Of a stretch of DNA of 64,000 nucleotides, positions 58,220-64,000 are shown one piece after another. Source of the DNA: an uncultured Nitrososphaeraceae archaeon. GTDB taxonomy: Archaea; Thermoproteota; Nitrososphaeria; Nitrososphaerales; Nitrososphaeraceae. The notes under the pieces are model-generated. The model was given only the letters and a program-made list of their open reading frames with translations, was not told the DNA's origin and did not search any database. The stretch spans positions 1-64,000 of the forward strand of contig CAWGVG010000012.1 of NCBI GenBank assembly GCA_963825865.1. The letters are read 5' to 3'. Position 1 is the first letter of the stretch; every line of letters starts with the position of its first letter. The translations under genes were made by a program, and so were the position numbers.

Positions 58220-58510
58220 TAGTAGTAACAAAGCTCTGAATAAACAGCAACCGTATTACTGCCTGAGATCCTTTTTACTAGTGCATAAGACTTTAAGACA
58301 TAATTAGGATTATATATTTGTGGGACGAGTTCGAACATTTGTATTTTTGATTCTATTATTTATTTGCTTTCATCAATCGACTATTATTGCCGCCCATTTT
58401 TTAACTATCATACATCTATGCTGTTAGTAAATAATCAAAATAAAAAAATAAAATATAGGTAATAGCAGACGATACTTCTTTCTTACTAGATGCTAAAATT
58501 GCCTTTCTCC

Positions 58511-58862
58511 TCATTCCTCTCTTTCGAAAGAAACTCTTGTTCTGCCACCACCACTACCTTGTCTACTGGTGTCTCTTGATGTCTGTTCAAATGTTCTTGC
58601 AGCGTTAACACCTATTCTAGATAATTCTCTTGCATTGTCTCTTGCTTGCTGAATAGACGTCTTAAAAGCATCCATGTTTGTAAATACCATATTGTTTGCT
58701 GCTCTGATTGCACTATTCATATTATCTGCAAAGCTACTAACTATCCTTGTGTATGCTTCAGTCATTCTTCTTGGAGACATGCAATACGCATAAAATCTTT
58801 CATACATACTCTCTGCATATGGACCCCATGCTGCCTGTAGTGAGTTGATAATTTCTTTTTGT
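58511..58862 (-). pseudogene. helical thaumarchaeal protein (phasin-like), 5' part deleted
   Basis: QKEIINSLQAAWGPY...SPRRMTEAYTRIVSSFADN...NARELSRIGVNAARTFEQTSRD. Confidence 0.65.
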
Positions 58863-58995
58863 GGCTAGCATGAGCGCCTACAAATCTATTGCTCTATTCA
58901 ATGTTCATTTCTCTTTATGATTACTTTTTCATCAACAATCAGTAAACTAAATTAAAGGATTGTGGCAACTTTTAAGCTGTTCTATTTTATTTTGT

Positions 58996-60921
58996 TTATT
59001 TATGCTGGTCAAGTAATGGAAGAGTGAAACTGAATTTAGCTCCCTTTCCATCAATATTGTTTTCTCCCCATATTTTTCCACCGTGAGCTTCAATAATGCT
59101 TCTGGAGATAAACAAACCCAGTCCTATTCCTATTTCAGATTTTGTCGCAAATTTAGAAAATAGCCTTGGTATAATATCGCTATGTATGCCAGGACCACTA
59201 TCCTTTACACTAACAAGAACTTTTTGTGGATTATCTTCTTTCTTTTCTAATGTAATGGATACAGTTCCTCTTCTCCTCCTTCTTTAATGAATTTAATAGC
59301 ATTGCTTAGTAGATTAGAAATAACTTGTGTAATTCTATACCTGTCTGCTTCTACAAAAAAATTAATGTCCTTCTTAGATTCGTATAGCAAGGTAATATTA
59401 TTATCATCTTTTTCAATCTGATTTCTATAGTCTTGCACAACATTTGATATCAAATCATTTAGATTGAATTGCTCTTTGTTTAGTTTTAGTGACTGACTTT
59501 CAAGCCTTGAAATATCTAGTAAGTTATCTGCAAGGTGATGCAGCCTTTTTGCGTTTCTGATAACACTATCTAATAATTCACGTTGTTCGGTGTCTTCTAC
59601 TTTAGAGCGAATAATTTGAGTTAGGCCAAGTATTGGCTGTATAGGAGTTCGCAGTTCATGAGCTGCTATGTTTATGAATTCGTCTTTCAATTGATCAAGG
59701 CTTTTTAACTCTTCATTAGCTTTTTCCAAAATGCGCTCTTTTTCCTTCAGTTGTTCATTTGCTGTTTCAAGCTCCTTGTCTTTTCTTATGATTTCCTCTG
59801 TACGGGCCTTTATTCTTGCTCTCATTTTTCCAAATTGAGAAGATAATTCTCCAATTTCATCAATAGTAGAGGGAGGCGTAATTACAATGTCTAAGTTACC
59901 CTTGCCCATCGCTATTGCTGCATCATTGAGCCTTGTTACAGGTTCAGAAATAGTTCTATCTACTACAATATAAGTGGCAATTATTGAAATCGCTAAAACT
60001 ATTACAGTTATAAAAATAAACAAATTTCTTAAGCTCAATGCTTCCTTAAACGCCTCTTGTGTATCCAAGGATGTGACCAAAAACCATTTATTTTGAATAG
60101 AATCAGGATTCTGGTTATTATTACTGCTTTCCTTCGCTGCTACAAACACTGCATTTCCAGAAGGGGACCCAATATCTCTGAATATTGCACTTTCAACTGT
60201 ATTGTTAGAATCTTTTATCAGATGATATATTGGCAGGTATTCAAAGCTACTTGCAGCGCCAGCATTTGATAGAGATCTGCTGTTGCCATAGTTAGAATAT
60301 ATGACCTTACCATCATCTGATGATAGTAGGTTAATTCTCAGATTGCTTTGTGAGCCACTACTAGCATGTTCAATTATTTTAATATTTAGTGGATAGGTTA
60401 AGAGTAGAATCTCATTTATCTTACCTGATTTATCATATAAAGGTACAGACAAAAGGATTTCTTTTTGTGAGGGTTTTAGATAATTTGACGAAGTACTGTC
60501 TCTATAAATATCTCCTTGAATCGCCTTTTTGAAAAAGGATTCGTTCGACACATTTTCACCTATACCAATACCTTTGTTATCTGCAATTTTTATTCCTGTT
60601 TTATTGTAAATTGAAAAGGAAGAATAGTCTTTATGGGTACCTATGAATTTTTTTAGAAGTTCTAATTTCTTTAATAGATCGGTGCCAGATTGGTTTGGAA
60701 ATACACTCACAGAATCTCCAAGAAATGCAATATTAGAAATTCTGTTATAGGTATCCATGGAGATTGTATTCATTGAATTAGCCAAATCATCTTCTAAATG
60801 AGCTTTAATTTCTCTTATCATAGTAGAAAAAAGCACATTTATAGAAACAAAACTTGCAGCAAGTAAAGATGTTAGTATGAGAGACACAAGTAGTACAAAA
60901 AAGCTTTGATCTTATTTTCAT
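58996..60921 (-). pseudogene. membrane sensor histidine kinase (Cache-like + HAMP + HisKA + HATPase), frameshifts at about 60900 and 59260
   Basis: Two TM helices, PVTRL..AA..MGKGNLD...DEIGELS HAMP, AAHELRTP; alternate frame VKDSGPGI..GIGLGLFISRSIIEAHGG. Confidence 0.9.
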
Positions 60922-61321
60922 GATTGTTATATTTGGCTATTTTTACATATACAGGTTTATACGCTAATTAAGAAAGTGCTAGATTTACAATATCGTCACT
61001 AAATCGTTCATAAATATTTTTTTGCACGTAAATATGTATTAAATATCTTTGCTCTTTAAGGTACCTACGGACAATTACCATATCACTCAGATGATATAAT
61101 AACCAATAGCAAGTTTGACAAGTATTTTTATACTTTGCTATTAAGGATTAGGTGAACATCATCATCATTATTACTTTATCAAATTTGAGTAGTTTTTCAC
61201 ACCCATGCAAAGTATGATTTTGCATAATGCCCAGATGTTACTAGTTTTTTCTCAACACTTGTTATGCTAATATCGGCCCGTTGACTTTGCAGGAGCAGAT
61301 GAGGACTTTGTTGTTGTTCCA

Positions 61322-62414
61322 TCAGATGATGAGGACGATAACAATGGCGATGATGATGGCGATGTACCTGCTCCTAAAAGCATGTGTAATTCCCTTTGTT
61401 ATTTCATTTACTAATTTATTGTAAAGTTTTTCAGCCTCCTGTAATAGCATAGTGGTATAATGCTCAGTAAAGTAATCTCGTGAGGATATGTACAGTTGTT
61501 GTCGTCCTTCATACATATAGGGTGCAGGATAATGAGTTGTCCCAGGTAAAGAGATATTATCAGTATTATAAATTAAAGAACTATATTTGAATGGCTCGTT
61601 TCGTATTGATTCAATTAAAGAGTAAAGAGCCAGCCTTAAGAGCACTTTTCCATCTGATAAAATACTACTCACCTTATCTTTTACGGTCTGATTGATTTTC
61701 AAATATTCCTCATTATTGTTTTCAAATCGTTTTACAAGATCCTCTAGTGCAATCCTCTTGGCTTGTAGGCCTGCTATCTTTTCTGCTTGTTGTCTATAAG
61801 TTAAATCACAAAAACCTAAGGTTTTCCTTAAAGTTAATATTTGCTTCCTTAAATCCTGTAAATCCTTATTTGAATTTAGTTTTCTAACTTGCAGTGAATT
61901 TACCTCTTGTTTTAGGCTTTCGTATCTGTGTTCTACTGCTGGTAGATTCATCATTAGCAATTCTGAGTAGGTGCACTACATGTTCTTCACTCATACCTGC
62001 AGCTCTAGCTGACCTATACAATTTGAGAAAAGGTGTGATATCGCCTTTAAGCTCTTCATATGCCATGTTGAGATCGTGTATTTGATCTAATTTCAAATAC
62101 TCTTTGTAGAATCTGGTTACCTCCGCCTCTCTTACGTTTAATGCAACAGCTACATCTATAGGAGTTTTTCTTTCAGAAAATAGCTTGTAAGCTTGTGTAG
62201 ATAGAGATAACTGCTGCAGTTGTTCTTGTTCTTGTTGTTGCTTTTTGTTCTCGATATTATTATTTTGCTCTCGCCTTTCATCTGCCTTGTTCAAAATAGA
62301 TCCTATATCTCTAAATGACATCCTAGCCTCTTTTGCTATTTCGCGTGTGTTTTTACACTGATTATAATAAAGATCTAAAACAAGTTTTTGTCTATCTTGC
62401 CTAATTATTGACAT
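61322..62414 (-). pseudogene. HTH + coiled-coil protein, frameshifted at about 61950
   Basis: VLDLYYNQ.KNTREIAKEARMSFRDI HTH, second HTH AYKLFSERKTPIDVA, heptad-rich C-terminus. Confidence 0.75.
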
Positions 62415-62458
62415 CTTTCTTTTTTGCTATGTCTATTAATCCAAACAGTAGCTTAAAG

Positions 62459-62531
62459 CTGTTTCCAACTGTTACCAATTATGTTACCATTGCTACCACT
62501 TTATTACCTCTGTTATCATCTGTTTCCAACT
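62459..62531. repeat. short degenerate TGTTWCCA-type repeats upstream of the HTH gene
   Basis: tgtttccaact gttaccaatta tgttaccat tgctaccac ... tgttatcat ctgtttccaact. Confidence 0.6.
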
Positions 62532-62706
62532 ATTAGTATGACATTTTAATTGAGCTCAGAATATAGCATAAATATGTACCAATTTCACTGACATGAATTT
62601 TTCCTAACTACATTTTTACATGTTTGTATTGTATCAACAACATATCATGCTACTCTTTTTAGGAATGACATAGATGTTGCACATCTGATTTAGATTATCA
62701 GTTTAT

Positions 62707-63045
62707 TTATTTTCTAAATATACCTTCCATGACTATTTCATTTAATGACTTTCTATCAGTAGGTAATTCTTTGTTTTGCAGTTCCGATGGGAGATTCTCT
62801 TTAGGTCCTTTCTTTCCTATTGCAATCATAGCCATAACATCAAAGTTATCTGGGATTTCCAAATCTACTCTTGCTTTCTCATAATCAAATCCTTGCATTC
62901 CGTGTGCTACGAGGCCTTTTGATGATGCTTCTAAAGCTATATTCTCCCAAGCAGCTCCAGCATCAAATTGATGTGTTATAGAGTATTTCTCATTGTATTC
63001 GAAATTTTTCCTTGATACTACTACAACCAATAATGCAGCATTTAA
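62707..63045 (-). pseudogene. nitroreductase C-terminal fragment
   Basis: THQFDAGAAWENIALEA..GLVAHGMQGFD...VMAMIAIG. Confidence 0.85.
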
Positions 63046-63360
63046 ATCAACATGTGTATGTGACATGGTGGGAGAGAAATTAAACAAGCGATGAACCAGT
63101 GTTAAAGATTAGCAGTGATAATGGAGGAACATTTGGACCAATACTAAAGCTTGCTGAGCGGTCTCTTCATTTTACCAAGATGAATTTCCTAGCGCTGTTA
63201 ACTGTTGACTAAGTATGTTCAAGTGCACCAGTGCTCCTTTTGTATATCTACTTTTCAACGCCTGAATAGTGTCATTTAAAAGGACTTTCGCTCCTTCAAA
63301 AGACGAGGAAGCATTAGTATACGCGTAGTTTAACTCCTTATTCTGAAGGCTTAGCTGCAT

Positions 63361-63460
63361 TGGCTAGTGGTTTTAGTATCGTATCAAAAGATGATTACGA
63401 TAATATGGCAAAACAATTCTATGTGTATGATGCACTTTATGCATTTTGTAAATCAGATAA
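63361..63460 (+). pseudogene. ChrB-like (chromate resistance) C-terminal remnant
   Basis: ASGFSIVSKDDYDNMAKQFYVYDALYAFC. Confidence 0.5.
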
Positions 63461-63559
63461 CAATAAAGAAAAATTGTTATATTCTAGACATTAATACGTT
63501 AATAGTTGTAGCCAGATTGTAAAGAAAAAAGGCTCGAGATAACCAAACTGCAGATACAA

Positions 63560-64000
63560 AGGATTGGAGCAGAGGCCCTTGTAAGAGATTTTCAAAACAA
63601 TAATGAAACATACCTTCAAATCAAACAGACAATTAAAAGAGAAGTAGAAAGCATTCTAACAGCTCGTAAACAGCTATTGAAATTCGCTATTCTATCTATA
63701 TTCGAATCCTTACGAAAAGATCCTAGAAAGTTTTATGCCCTATACAATAACATGTCCTCCTCTTCCTCTGCAAAATCACCATCGTCATCATCTTCACCAA
63801 AAACAACAGGCATCCAACAACAACATGATTATGTACCATTCATGAATGAACAATATTTGCCCATAATCGACTACAGCAACGAAGTGATTTGCGAGAAGAT
63901 ATTATTGGATGAATCTGAGGAGCTTTATGACAAAATGGTAGAAGATCTTACAAATAAGACCATTAATGATACAGCAAGTAATAGTGAATTATCATCGTTG
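63560..64000 (+). pseudogene. fragment paralogous to the C-terminal half of 61322-62414; runs off the window
   Basis: LVRDFQNNNETYLQIKQTIK..VESIL...AILSIFESLRKDP vs LVKRFENNNEEYLKINQTVK..VSSIL...ALYSLIESIRNEP. Confidence 0.7.

Overview
This is a low-GC archaeal window whose gene content points to a soil ammonia-oxidising archaeon (Nitrososphaeraceae). That assignment is inferred from family recognition and was not searched. The region is accessory and heavily decayed, with no rRNA, intact tRNA or CRISPR array seen. Main contents: (i) a two-component cluster of five histidine-kinase loci and four stand-alone receivers, partly explained by a segmental duplication (about 9.3-14.9 kb vs 23.0-28.5 kb) with reciprocal gene loss; (ii) three IS elements with readable ends (IS5/ISL2-like, IS5 with a 9-bp TSD, and an intact IS481 with a 6-bp TSD) plus IS remnants; (iii) debris of integrative or virus-like elements, including tyrosine integrases, a D5-type primase-helicase, a terminase-like ATPase, and a family B polymerase running in-frame into an AEP primase followed by an origin-like palindrome; (iv) an intact Trypco1 plus trypsin-TPR gene pair resembling a conflict module; (v) many Zn-finger microproteins and metabolic gene fragments (NAD-dependent formate dehydrogenase, LLM oxidoreductase, dodecin, patatin, Dam methylase). 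Some frameshifts may be sequencing errors, but in-frame stops and deletions indicate real pseudogenisation too.
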